Positions 1-12,507 of a stretch of 59,249 nt of DNA are shown here, piece after piece. Position 1 is the stretch's first letter. Each line of letters starts with the position of its first letter. Source of the DNA: Octopus bimaculoides (lineage: Eukaryota); the NCBI RefSeq assembly GCF_001194135.2, contig NC_068989.1, positions 55,636,937 to 55,696,185 of the forward strand, read 5' to 3'. The notes below the pieces were generated by a model, which saw nothing but the letters and a program-made list of their open reading frames with translations, searched no databases and was not told the DNA's origin. A program made the position numbers and the translations under genes.

Positions 1-44
<44 letters not shown>

Positions 45-59
45 GTATGTATGAACCTT

Positions 60-430
60 AAAAATACATGCGAGTGTAATTGTTGCCAGGGCCACATATT
101 GGCTCTTGTGCTGGTGATACGTAAAAAGCACCATTCAAGCATGATGATTGCCAGATTCGCCTTATCAGCACATGTACCGGTAGCATGTGAAAAACAACAT
201 TCAAGCGTGGTCATTGCCAGTACCGCCTGACTGGCCCTTGTGCTGGTGGCACTTAAAACACCCAATACACTCTCAGAGTGGTTGGCGTTAGGAAGGGCTT
301 CCAGCTGTAGAAACTTTGCCAGATCAGATTGAGGCTGGTGCAGCCTTCTGGCTCACCTGTCCCCTGTCAAACTGTCCAACCCATGCCAGCATGGAAAGCA
401 GATGTTAAATGACGATGATGATAATGATGA
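60..430 (-). mobile_element. SINE-like/LINE-tail repeat (family C) with (GAT)n end
   Basis: Reverse complement of the 'catcatcgtttaacatc...ttccatgctggcatgggttggac...gcccttcctaacgccaaccact' repeat that recurs at 32092 and 47372. Confidence 0.75.
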
Positions 431-454
431 TATATATATATGTGTGTCTATATA

Positions 455-500
<46 letters not shown>

Positions 501-542
501 AATATATATATACATTCATACATATATACACACATGTATATA

Positions 543-1379
543 CAGGGTACTGAGAATATATTGTCGTCTAAATTACAAAAATAAAAATTATACTGACATT
601 TCTTTTTAACACATATATTTACCAAAATTACATAAAAATATCTTGAAATACTAAAGAGTAAATTTATTAAGGAAATCGCCCTTCGGCTTCAACTAAGGCT
701 TCCAGACGACTTCAGAATTTCCTGCAGCACTTCTAGATGGTTTCCTTATTTAAGTTGGTGAATGCTGCCATAATCTTTGCCTTCAGTTCATCTTTGGTGT
801 TACAAGGACTTTTATTGGTCCCTCACTCAACTGCTCCCTACACATAACAATGAAGGGGGTTGCAGTCTGGTGAGTTAGGTGGCCAGATGTTAGGGGTGAT
901 GTGGTCGCAGAAATTGTCTGACAGCCATGACTGGGTTCTCCTGCTTGTGTGGCATGGTGCAGAATCCTGTTGCCTGACCTAGGGTCTTTCAGCAGCTCCC
1001 TGTGTTGAGTATGAGGCGATGTGAGAAGATGATTGGAAGCATAATGTCGCCATCACTAATGGTCACTCCAAACACTATGATGTTGACTGGATGTTTGATT
1101 TTTATCACTCTCGGTACATGTTTTGGAGACACGGCAAGCCAACGGTTGTTCTGTGTGTTCACTATCTGTTTGTACTGGAGCTTCCGGCAGGAATGCCAAG
1201 CAGTACAGCATGTTGTTTCCAAATTTCTGGCAGAGTGAATTGCGTCATGGTGCTGTTTTTCTCACAGACGATGCCTAGCTGACTTTACTATACTGTGTTG
1301 TCAACAAAATGTAAAAGAAAGAATGCACGTGTGTGAAATTAAAAATATATAATGGCAATAATTTACCAATCACACCCTG
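543..1379 (-). mobile_element. Internally deleted DD37D (maT-like) Tc1/mariner transposon relic
   Basis: Minus strand reads VNTQNNRWLAVSP..KHPVNIIVFGVTISDGDIM (ORF 989-1222), then QQDSAPCHTSRRTQSWLSDNFCDHITPNIWPPNSPDCNPLH. There are 37 residues from the second D to the third catalytic position, which is now H. Ends are TA-CAGGGT (541-548) and ACCCTG-TA (1374-1381). Stops are present. Confidence 0.85.
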
Positions 1380-1429
<50 letters not shown>

Positions 1430-1652
1430 TATATATATATACGTATACATAGATGTATTCATACGCAAAATTAATGACCCTTTAACATCCGGTTTCCATG
1501 CTAGCATGGGTTGGACAAACATATAACTACTCTTAAATGATTTATTTACATGTATGTTCATTATCATATTCGATTTATGTGTGTGCGTATGTATATGTTA
1601 CACATATATTTACATATATATACATATTACATACAATATATATATATATATA

Positions 1653-1791
1653 NNNNNNNNNNNNNNNNNNNNNNNNNNNNNNNNNNNNNNNNNNNNNNNN
1701 NNNNNNNNNNNNNNNNNNNNNNNNNNNNNNNNNNNNNNNNNNNNNNNNNNNNNNNNNNNNNNNNNNNNNNNNNNNNNNNNNNNNNNNNNNN
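1653..1791. other. Assembly gap
   Basis: Run of N next to (AT)n. Confidence 0.99.
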
Positions 1792-1862
1792 GTATAATAT
1801 TAATATTACATACAAATTCATACATTTATATGTATGTATGTATGTGTGTGTGTGTGTGTGTG

Positions 1863-1916
<54 letters not shown>

Positions 1917-2269
1917 TGCAGATTTAGTTAGATTGTTACGTTTCCGTCCCAACCACATGATTTCTGGTTCAGTCGTATAGCTTGGCATCTTGACCAATTG
2001 ACATCTATCGAATATGTGTGTGTGAGAGAGAGAGAGAGCTTGCCTTGTTTATTATGCAATAGTTGTAAACAAATGTCACCACAGTAGAAACTGTGTTGCT
2101 CATTTGTTCTCCTCTCAAACATATCTAGCAGAGGAGGAAATATTATCCTACTTGGATCATGTGAGTGTTGGAGATAGGAAGGGCATCTTGCCAAACAAAA
2201 TCCGCCAAAGTGAAATCCGTGTGACACATGAAAACATGTAGAAGTGGACATTAAAACGATGATGGTTAC

Positions 2270-2298
2270 ATTAGAGACAGAGAGAGCGAGGGAGAGAT

Positions 2299-2329
<31 letters not shown>

Positions 2330-2620
2330 AACAGGCAGAGAACGACAGACATGTATATCGATCGATGAGAAAGACCGACGGACAGATACACAGACAGACA
2401 GATTTGGCAGTAGATGATAGATAGATAGGCAGAGTGGTAGATAGGGAGATAAGGAAAAAGATAGAGAGAGAGGCAAATAGACATAAATATATCGACAGAT
2501 AGATAAAGTGAATAGACTGTAGAGAGATAGATAAGGGGAATAGGTAGTTAGATATACAAACAAATACATAAACAGATAGGGAGATAGACAAATAGGTAGG
2601 AAAACAAGTAGATACATAGG
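2270..2620. repeat. Degenerate (GATA)n/(GACA)n low-complexity tract
   Basis: Repeated agat/agac units; explains the spurious minus-strand ORFs at 1928-2729. Confidence 0.9.
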
Positions 2621-2807
2621 TAATTAATTGGTTGATGACTCGAGAAATGGATTGAGGAATAGGCTCATACAGGCCTACAGAATAATAAACAGATAGATTG
2701 CTAGACACTATACCATAATTTACGTACATAGTAGATAGTAGATTGTGTGTATGTAGATAGATATGTGTGCATGTATCTATCTATGCACACACACACACAT
2801 ATCTTTA

Positions 2808-2843
<36 letters not shown>

Positions 2844-3007
2844 CACAGAAAGACAGATGTATACTAACAGACAAATAAATAGATATACGCATCGGAATAA
2901 TATTCAAAGCCAGATCCAGCAAGTAGATCAACACAAGATCCAGAAACGAATACAAATTTAAATATATATATATATATGTATGTGTATATATATATATATA
3001 TATATAT

Positions 3008-3388
3008 NNNNNNNNNNNNNNNNNNNNNNNNNNNNNNNNNNNNNNNNNNNNNNNNNNNNNNNNNNNNNNNNNNNNNNNNNNNNNNNNNNNNNNNNNNNNN
3101 NNNNNNNNNNNNNNNNNNNNNNNNNNNNNNNNNNNNNNNNNNNNNNNNNNNNNNNNNNNNNNNNNNNNNNNNNNNNNNNNNNNNNNNNNNNNNNNNNNNN
3201 NNNNNNNNNNNNNNNNNNNNNNNNNNNNNNNNNNNNNNNNNNNNNNNNNNNNNNNNNNNNNNNNNNNNNNNNNNNNNNNNNNNNNNNNNNNNNNNNNNNN
3301 NNNNNNNNNNNNNNNNNNNNNNNNNNNNNNNNNNNNNNNNNNNNNNNNNNNNNNNNNNNNNNNNNNNNNNNNNNNNNNNNNNNNNNNN
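3008..3388. other. Assembly gap
   Basis: Run of N. Confidence 0.99.
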
Positions 3389-4518
3389 TTCGAATCTTAA
3401 TGGTAAAACTACAATTATAAATACAGACAAAACATGTCTATACATTTCAAATGTAAGCGACATTAGAAATTAGTAAAATTTATATTTTTAAAATAATGGA
3501 AATGCTGTTGCTTTCCTGTTTTTTAAAAGGGTCAAGATGTCATTTTACTGACACAAAACATAGATTTTAATCATAAACTTATATTTATTATTTCGAGACA
3601 GTGAAGGGCTAAAATACTAATAACTTCACCGAATCGTATTACTCTCACTATAGAAAACGAAGCCTAATTCTTTGAAATATATATTACTTTCGTTATTTTG
3701 CCCGAATTATTCTGCAATAGAGCCAGCCAGGAAGTATGTATCCACTAAAAGGGGGAAAAAACACTTGAAATTCTACATCAGGTGACAACTGTGTAGGGAC
3801 ACACAGACAAAGCTCTTTAAATGATTCTCATTTATATTTCAGATGCATGGAATATTCCCTCCACCTCTAGCCAAAGAATTAGTCTGCTTTAATAAATAAA
3901 CATTACAGTTAATCATTCACATCATGAACGTAAAGAAGAAAACACACACAAAACAACCAAAATCCGTTTAGACAACAGAACTACTTTCATTATAAAAAAA
4001 AAATATTTAAAAAATAAAGGAAAGCAGTGAATAGAAGGTCCTTTGGGGCGTAGAAGTGGAACCTTCATTGTAGACACACACACACACACACAACGAAGCC
4101 TAGATCTATAAATTAATATTCTTTAATGCAGTAAATTATTAAAATACTTAAAAACGGTAAAAGCAAGAACAATTTGATAACAATAAATACAAGAGTTTGA
4201 TTAGTTTTAAAATAGAGTAAATTAAATACATAATTAATATACAGACATAGACAGTAAATGGCAATTATAAGTGGTATTATTAGAACTCAAAGACGTTCTG
4301 GTTTATATATATATATGTATATAAATAACAATAATGACCATAATGAAAATAACATCCCAATTAACAGAGGACAGAATTTCGATATCATTGTTCAGAGGAC
4401 TTTCACATTATTTATGTTCGAATATGTAGGAGAGACAAAGAAAGCAATTTTCATTATTACATGCAACTACAGTTACTAAGTCTCATAGATATAGAACTAA
4501 AGATTATGATTACATTTC

Positions 4519-4601
<83 letters not shown>

Positions 4602-4675
4602 TGTATGTGCGCGCCTCTGTGTTTATGTGTGTGCGTGTGTCTATGTTTATACATTTATATATGCATGATGTCTAC

Positions 4676-4742
4676 CTGCCACACTCGTTCGCTCAGCGAG
4701 ATCCAGCCATACCAACTGTACTCCACATGTATCCGAAATGCC
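4676..4742 (-). CDS. Candidate internal exon (67 nt), product unknown
   Basis: Acceptor ttacttttctttgtttaag| and donor cag|gtagac; two of three frames open (GISDTCGVQLVWLDLAERTSVA or AFRIHVEYSWYGWISLSERVWQ); no recognised homology. Confidence 0.25.
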
Positions 4743-5415
4743 CTTAAACAAAGAAAAGTAATGGATGGAGGTGGTGATGATCGTAGTGGGTGCTGCTGAC
4801 AGTGATGATGACAATAGTTTTGCTACTGCTGCTGCTGCTAGTGGTCTTCGTCGTCGTCGTCGTGATGTTGATGGTTAACCGAGAGGGTGGGGGTGGGGAG
4901 GGTGAATTCAGTCAATATATAACATCCACAGTGAACGAGTAACGGAGTAAAACTTGATAGCACAACATATCTGCGATGTGAGTCAGTGCTTTTTACGTGG
5001 CTCTACATACATACAAACAAACACACACACTTACACATACACACGTATGCAGCCAGCCAAATCTGGCCAAATGTCTGGAGGAAAAGGAGGAGAGGTAGGA
5101 AGAGGAGGAGAAAAACTAAAAGTAGACAACACACTTGCCAGTTAAAAACACGTGCACTAACATCACTAAAACATAGGATTCATTACCCTCAACCGAAATT
5201 GAGCAAATAAATCGAAGACTGCCCTTATTCTGTAGATAAATTCTACGCGTCCGCATATTCTTTACTGGTCTTTCTCGTCATCCATATCAAACCATATACC
5301 TTCATTGAGGAAGCTTTCACATGGTCGCTTGAGCTGAGAGGAACAAAAAACCAAATTTCCCCTCAAATCACACTCAACCGTATTTAAAAAAAAAAAAAAA
5401 ATCCTCCACCCCTCA

Positions 5416-5982
5416 NNNNNNNNNNNNNNNNNNNNNNNNNNNNNNNNNNNNNNNNNNNNNNNNNNNNNNNNNNNNNNNNNNNNNNNNNNNNNNNNNNNNN
5501 NNNNNNNNNNNNNNNNNNNNNNNNNNNNNNNNNNNNNNNNNNNNNNNNNNNNNNNNNNNNNNNNNNNNNNNNNNNNNNNNNNNNNNNNNNNNNNNNNNNN
5601 NNNNNNNNNNNNNNNNNNNNNNNNNNNNNNNNNNNNNNNNNNNNNNNNNNNNNNNNNNNNNNNNNNNNNNNNNNNNNNNNNNNNNNNNNNNNNNNNNNNN
5701 NNNNNNNNNNNNNNNNNNNNNNNNNNNNNNNNNNNNNNNNNNNNNNNNNNNNNNNNNNNNNNNNNNNNNNNNNNNNNNNNNNNNNNNNNNNNNNNNNNNN
5801 NNNNNNNNNNNNNNNNNNNNNNNNNNNNNNNNNNNNNNNNNNNNNNNNNNNNNNNNNNNNNNNNNNNNNNNNNNNNNNNNNNNNNNNNNNNNNNNNNNNN
5901 NNNNNNNNNNNNNNNNNNNNNNNNNNNNNNNNNNNNNNNNNNNNNNNNNNNNNNNNNNNNNNNNNNNNNNNNNNNNNNNNNN
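5416..5982. other. Assembly gap
   Basis: Run of N. Confidence 0.99.
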
Positions 5983-6022
<40 letters not shown>

Positions 6023-6560
6023 ATGAATTTTACGGTGTACGATTTGTAACCTTGAAGCTTGCTTTAGACAGCTGAAGCGAAAAGATAGGTGAAGAAACAT
6101 CAACGATTCCTCGTTAGCCAGGGATGACGGGAAAATACCAAGTGGAACCATACTCAGATCTCATCATTTTAAGTCGCTTTTCCATCATCGATAACGAGGT
6201 GGACATACTCTAAACTGAGCAGAAATAAAAAAAATAAAAAAGTTAAGTGAATTAAAATTACATTTGTAACCCATTCATTTCGGTTCCGCTGTGAAAGTTA
6301 CTTCCAGTAAGATTAATATAGCATCCATCCAGAGAAGGAAATTAATTCTTGAGTTCCTTATTCTTTTTAATTTTTATTTACTGTGTGGAGAGAAGACAAA
6401 TATAGTAATATGTCATTGTGATAGCAGTAATATTTTTACGCAAGCAAAAAGAAGACGATTATAAAGAAGTTGTTTATGTTTCACTAACGACATTCGTGAA
6501 AACTATAAAACTTAACAGTCACTACATCCTTTAATGAATTTCTTGGAACAAACACAAGGC

Positions 6561-6591
<31 letters not shown>

Positions 6592-6612
6592 ATAGGAAGA
6601 GGGTATGGGTAA

Positions 6613-6728
6613 ATGGAGCCTCACTGTATTACTGGTGCTTATTTTAATGGCCCACCCACCCGGCTGGGAAAGATGATCACAAAGTTGACCACTTGGAGCG
6701 ATGACGCAATAACAGCACTGGACGTGTG
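6613..6728 (+). CDS. Candidate first coding exon, product unknown
   Basis: ATG followed by 38 codons (MEPHCITGAYFNGPPTRLGKMITKLTTWSDDAITALDV) ending at a consensus donor TG|GTAAGT; unique sequence. Confidence 0.2.
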
Positions 6729-7960
6729 GTAAGTAATAAAGGATAAAAGTGATAACGTTGAAATAAAGACAAAACAAGTTACGACGTTTGTAATTGTTTT
6801 CCTTTATAAACACACACGCACACGAACGTGTGTTTATACGTATATACATATATATGTGTATGTGCGTATATATATAAAAATATGTATGTGTGTATATATA
6901 TATATAAATGTGTTTGTGTGTTATGTATGTATAAATAGCGACCATTAGTTATTGGTTATTTGTTCCACGGAAGGAATGGAAAGAGGCCAGCTTCTAGCCG
7001 AAGAACAACTACATCTGAAGGTTAAATGAGAAGAATTTAGACTTTGAAGCCCAATGAAAGGTAATGCCGTATAGTTCCGTCTCCATATATAAACACACAT
7101 GCTAGTAGCCATACTGAGAACTTCAAACTAAAGTAAATAGACAAGTAGACAGGATACGCCCACTCTATCTTATCTTCCACGTGTGAATGAGGGGGAGGGG
7201 AAGGATAGAGAGAGAGAGAAAACAGAAATGGAGGCCTAATGTATGAACACAGGGAAAAGTGGCAGGGGAGAATAAGGTTTTGAAAAGGAAAGTAGTAAGA
7301 AATAAATACAAAAATAAAATTATATATAGAGGAAGAGGAGAGGACAGAGTAAAGGTAACGTAGGTATGCGTGAGCGAACACATTGAAACAAATAAACGAT
7401 GTGTGTAAATGAGTAGAGGTACAGCGATATAGACGGGCCTTTGGCAAACGGGTTCGATACGCAGTCGAAACCGTTTAGTTTACGTCATTAATGTCGATGA
7501 GAAAGGCATGTGAGCAACAACTTAGTTTATGCACGTCGGATGATTTTGTGCTTTGCCAATACATTATGATGGAATATAAACCGAGTTTAGTTTGCTGTGT
7601 GTGTATATATATATGTAAGTATATGCGTTAAGAAAAATTGCCTGGTTGTTTAGATACAAATAAAAGTAAACTTCAAATTTCCTCTTAACTTGTGGGGAGA
7701 GAAATTCAAGTTTAATACAAAAAAAAAAGTGGATCGACATCCAGATAGTGAACACGGATGCAGAGCAAGGTACGTACATACATACACACATACATACATA
7801 CATCGAGTTTGAAAAGCTAGCCGTTGACGAAACTTCTAAATAACTCAACATTTTTATAATAAATAATGTTGGTGAACTAGGAAAGAGTTTTAAACTTGCG
7901 GTCCGCTCAGATACTTTGAAGGGTATCCAAACGTGCTTTCCAGTACACAAACGCACAAAT

Positions 7961-7992
7961 TAGATAGATAGATAGATAGATAGATAGGTAGG

Positions 7993-8052
<60 letters not shown>

Positions 8053-8060
8053 CAGATAGA
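7961..8060. repeat. (GATA)n microsatellite
   Basis: Long tagatagata run. Confidence 0.95.
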
Positions 8061-8152
8061 GAGCTGTAATTATAACATCAGAAGCAGAATGAGCAATTTG
8101 ATTGTGATTGCCCGCCATATCAAATACACCACACACACACACACACACACAC

Positions 8153-8691
8153 NNNNNNNNNNNNNNNNNNNNNNNNNNNNNNNNNNNNNNNNNNNNNNNN
8201 NNNNNNNNNNNNNNNNNNNNNNNNNNNNNNNNNNNNNNNNNNNNNNNNNNNNNNNNNNNNNNNNNNNNNNNNNNNNNNNNNNNNNNNNNNNNNNNNNNNN
8301 NNNNNNNNNNNNNNNNNNNNNNNNNNNNNNNNNNNNNNNNNNNNNNNNNNNNNNNNNNNNNNNNNNNNNNNNNNNNNNNNNNNNNNNNNNNNNNNNNNNN
8401 NNNNNNNNNNNNNNNNNNNNNNNNNNNNNNNNNNNNNNNNNNNNNNNNNNNNNNNNNNNNNNNNNNNNNNNNNNNNNNNNNNNNNNNNNNNNNNNNNNNN
8501 NNNNNNNNNNNNNNNNNNNNNNNNNNNNNNNNNNNNNNNNNNNNNNNNNNNNNNNNNNNNNNNNNNNNNNNNNNNNNNNNNNNNNNNNNNNNNNNNNNNN
8601 NNNNNNNNNNNNNNNNNNNNNNNNNNNNNNNNNNNNNNNNNNNNNNNNNNNNNNNNNNNNNNNNNNNNNNNNNNNNNNNNNNNNNNNNNNN
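8153..8691. other. Assembly gap
   Basis: Run of N. Confidence 0.99.
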
Positions 8692-8730
<39 letters not shown>

Positions 8731-10587
8731 TATATATATATAATGTGTGTGTGTGTATTATATTGTTAAACGGTCCACGGTAGTGAAAAATGGTTCATAG
8801 TCGCCACACTGGAGTGAAACTGAAATGAAACGGTTTAGTAATGCCTTCGTTTTGCGTCAGGAAAGGAAGGAATCTATATACAGCAGTCGTCAGTTCCGAC
8901 TGATACAACAAGTAAATAAATATACAAAGCGCTTTCGGAGGGGTGGCTTTGACAAATTCAGCAAGAAATGTGTGTGTGTGTGTGCGTGTGCGTGTGTGTG
9001 CGTGTGTGTGCGTGCGTCCGTGTAAGGTTTCATCACAGAAACTAGCTTACTTCACAGTTGACTAACATACATTTAATAAACAAAGATATACACAGAAAAA
9101 GACATACGCGCGCGCGCACGTACGTACGTGCGCGTATGTATATGCGTTTGTAGTAGTAGTAGTAGTAGTAGTAGTTCTGTGCCCAGCTGTCTGCAACTAT
9201 GACACAAGTTCTCTCTCTCTCTCACTTTAATGCTCACATTTCTATCCTTCATCGCTCTCTCTCTCTCTCTCTCTAATGCTCACATTTCTATCCTTCTTCA
9301 TCTTTCTTTCTCCTCTGCTCCACCTCCTCCAACTCGTCGATTGACTAAGCCCACTCGACCAATTCCTTTTACGCCGTGCAGTCTTGCTTGCCTTCATGCA
9401 TGGCTGGGCACAGCCAATAAAACATGAGGAAGGCGAGGCTAGGAAGTGACAAGCAGCAAATCGTAAGGAGTAGACAGAGGAAGAGAGATAGAGAGAGAGA
9501 GTGTGTGTGTGTGTTTGTAGCTTTTCTCACTGTTACTCTGTCTTTTTCCCCCTCTCTTGTTTTTTTTATGCACCAACTATTCTAGTAATCAGTTCCAGTC
9601 CAATTGATGTGTCATGGCGAGACACTACCACCAAATCAACACAGTATAGTTGGAACTGTCTTAATTCGTTGCTGTCCCGGCAGACAATTCACACACACAA
9701 ACACACACACAGAGGAAGAGGGAAAGAAAGAGAGAGAGATTCCCTGGATACCACTACCTTACCATCAGCTTCCGCTAGCACCATCAACCTCACTTCCCGT
9801 GTCTCCATCGTTCTATTCCTCCTTACCCCACTTCTTCACCCACCCTACCCGTCCGTCTCCTCTTCTTCCAGCTTCTAGTGAAGCGCTTTGAGATAGATAG
9901 AGAGAGAGAGAGAGAGAATTCGGTTGAAAATTTAGTGGATTCCAATAGAAGTTACAATCCACTGTTGCAACAGTCAGTTACCAAATAGCCGCTAGTTCCA
10001 CTCGAGTTGGCATTGAAGAAATAAATGAGAAGCTTTCAGTGGCGTTCAGTTGTGAAAGCCACTTGCCTGGAAATTGTATGGCATCCTTCCAGACCAAGGA
10101 TCAACATCAAATTTAGTTTCTCTCTCCCTCCCCCCTCTCTCTTTGGTCTCTCTTTCTCTCTTACGCACACACACACACACACATGCTATCTTTGCACACA
10201 CACATCTGTATAGAAAAACTGATGACATACATGCACACCATCAGCAGCATCTAATAACATTACCAAGGCATAACAAACTGATAGATATTTCTTGCTTTAA
10301 TACCGTTCTCCACTACATGCCATCCTCTATCCACCACCCTCACCTCCCATATACAACTAGATTCATCTTCAAAAGCTGTCAAAAGATATATATATATATG
10401 TGTGTGTATGTATGTACGTATGTATGTATCATCATCATCAAACAGGCGTTAAAAGATAAGATGATGATGATGATGATATATAATTGTATGTATGTATGTT
10501 GCATCTTCCTTATATACAGATATAAGAAGATGCAAGGAGAAAAAGAACGAGGTTCAATGAAAGTACCAAATGGAGAACAACAAGATA

Positions 10588-10667
10588 TTACAAAGATACG
10601 GATGAAAATGGAGAGGATTTTTTAAGGATGTCACGTGGTCCGTATGAACCTCCTTGTGTGTTTATAG
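10588..10667 (-). CDS. Candidate terminal coding exon, product unknown
   Basis: Acceptor atttacag|; phase-1 frame (A)INTQGGSYGPRDILKKSSPFSSVSL-stop; lies at the edge of the CpG-depleted domain. Confidence 0.2.
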
Positions 10668-10789
10668 CTGTAAATCATTACTAATGACAATTATAAACAC
10701 TGGCTGTTATGTTAACCCTTCAACGGAGTTAAATCTAATCCCTGCTGAATGTAAGAATGTGGAAACAGAAACTTGAAAAGGGTTACACC

Positions 10790-10791
10790 AC

Positions 10792-10822
<31 letters not shown>

Positions 10823-10866
10823 GTCATCATCATCATCATCATCGTCATCATCGTCGTCGTCGTCGA
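10790..10866. repeat. (CAT)n/(CGT)n trinucleotide repeat
   Basis: Direct reading. Confidence 0.95.
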
Positions 10867-11460
10867 TGTTGTTATTAGTTCTACATTTATCTTAGCATGC
10901 CAGTGTGGACTGGTAGACTTTTAGATAACCTCTTGGAGTTTAGTTATTCTTTCTAAGATGACCTGCGTGAATTAACTAGTTTGACTCCAATCAATTGTTA
11001 TTCAAGTAATTCTTGGCATAAACAAACTTGGTAATAGTTACTTTAACTATCAGTTCATAGTATTTTTTTATCTCTCACCACTTCGTCAAGCTACTGGTGG
11101 AATTCATATATGGTTGATCCACTACTAGAAATAGCAATCACAATTCTCTCAACTGATACATTACAAAATAGGAAGATATGTTTTGGTAATGTTGCCGGAC
11201 TTATAACTGTCAAAAAGATTGGATGGGTCACAGAACACATTTGACCATAAGCTTGATGACCTAGGGCTAAATAACAAGAACTTTATCTCCAGACATTCTC
11301 ATCACATCTTCACAACAACATTCAGAAAATTTAACTAAATACTTCAACTGATTTAGCAGCATTCAGATTACTCTGTCAGATGTGATGCTTATTTATTCTC
11401 ATTGTCTTGAATTAATCATACATTGTCTCATGGCTTTGAAATTTCAATGATGGTATTGTT

Positions 11461-12507
11461 ATTACCTCCACATCTTAGCAAAAGTGGAGGTATTGTTTTC
11501 AGTGGTGTTTGTTTGTTTGTCTGCGGACAAAATATTTCAAGAACCACTAGATGGATTTGAATGAAACTTTCAGAGATGTTTGGTCTCGTGATTGGCAACA
11601 ACTGATTAGATTTTGGGATCAATCTGGTACTGGACAAGGATTTTGGATTATTTGTTATATGTACTTTACTTTACATGAAGTATTACAATCTTACGTTGAG
11701 TTTCAAGTCTTTCTCTGATCATCTCCCTCGAAAGCAGACTCATGGTTTCCACATAAGTTATAGCGGTGTTGCTGTTTCCAAAGTTTTATTTTCATTTCTC
11801 TGTTATTAATTTTATTCAGGTCTCTATCTTATAGAAACTGATGGATAAGGAAATCAAACCACATAAACAAAAGGCAACAAAACTGTTCAGAAATTAAATA
11901 ACACTAACATATTCAGTAACAATAATAAATTTAATTTATCTTCGACAATTTTTAGCTTTACCAATTTTGAATATATCACTCCTGTTTAAAACCTCTTACC
12001 TACTTGACAATTGCAATTCTAGTTCTGCCTTGAAGGAAGCTTTACTTCTTGGGTTCATGTTTTGTGTGCAACGATGTTGTTAAGCCTCCATTAACAGCAC
12101 CATACACAAGTCCTTTCCATTTTCTTTCACACACAGATAAATTTTTCACTATAGCCCTCAATGGTCGTAAAGACACTGTATCAATGGGTAGACTGAAAAA
12201 GGCCTTCATAGAGAAAACTGTCCCTGCTCCCACTGCAGACGACACACAGAGCATTACAAACACGGCCTGCACACCCACCTTCCCATTCCATGACTACCAT
12301 AGGGATTGATCAGGTACCGGACAAGGATTCTGGACAATTTTTTAACTTAATTTTTGAGAGTGGTCGGGTTCATTTTTAGTATTTTCGTTTGTGAGAGCAG
12401 TTGAGTTTATTTCAGATATTCTCATTTTAAAAGTCATCTCCGGTTAATCATTGAGAGGACATTGGTGTTGCCTTGGCAGAGATTTGTGCTCTCTTGAGTG
12501 TCTTGTT
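11461..12507 (+). mobile_element. Non-autonomous Helentron-like (HINE/DINE-1-type) element
   Basis: 5' attacctccac...gtggaggt inverted repeat (11464-11491), a (GTTT)n tract, a 3' ccttggcagag...ctctcttgagtg end, and insertion in a T-rich (TT) site; this matches the known architecture of HINE/DINE-1 elements. Confidence 0.7.
12020..12300 (+). pseudogene. Ty3/gypsy integrase C-terminal (GPY/F) fragment
   Basis: FVCNDVVKPPLTAPYTSPFHFLSHTDKFFTIALNGRKDTVSMGRLKKAF resembles the gypsy VFVR.DAVKPPL..PY.GPF.VL.R.DK.F.I..NG..DTVS.DRLK.AF motif; a frameshift just upstream restores HVFV. Confidence 0.85.

Noticed and set aside
402-3473. Long ORFs rich in YI/CV/LS/X
   Set aside because: Translations of (AT)n, (GT)n, (GATA)n and N gaps
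6040-6210. Minus-strand acceptor ttttatttctgctcag at about 6208
   Set aside because: All three frames stop within 15 codons and no good donor is nearby
12042-12278. Minus-strand 78-aa ORF, and a WVHVLCA PHD-like motif on the plus strand
   Set aside because: Antisense and off-frame readings of the gypsy integrase fragment
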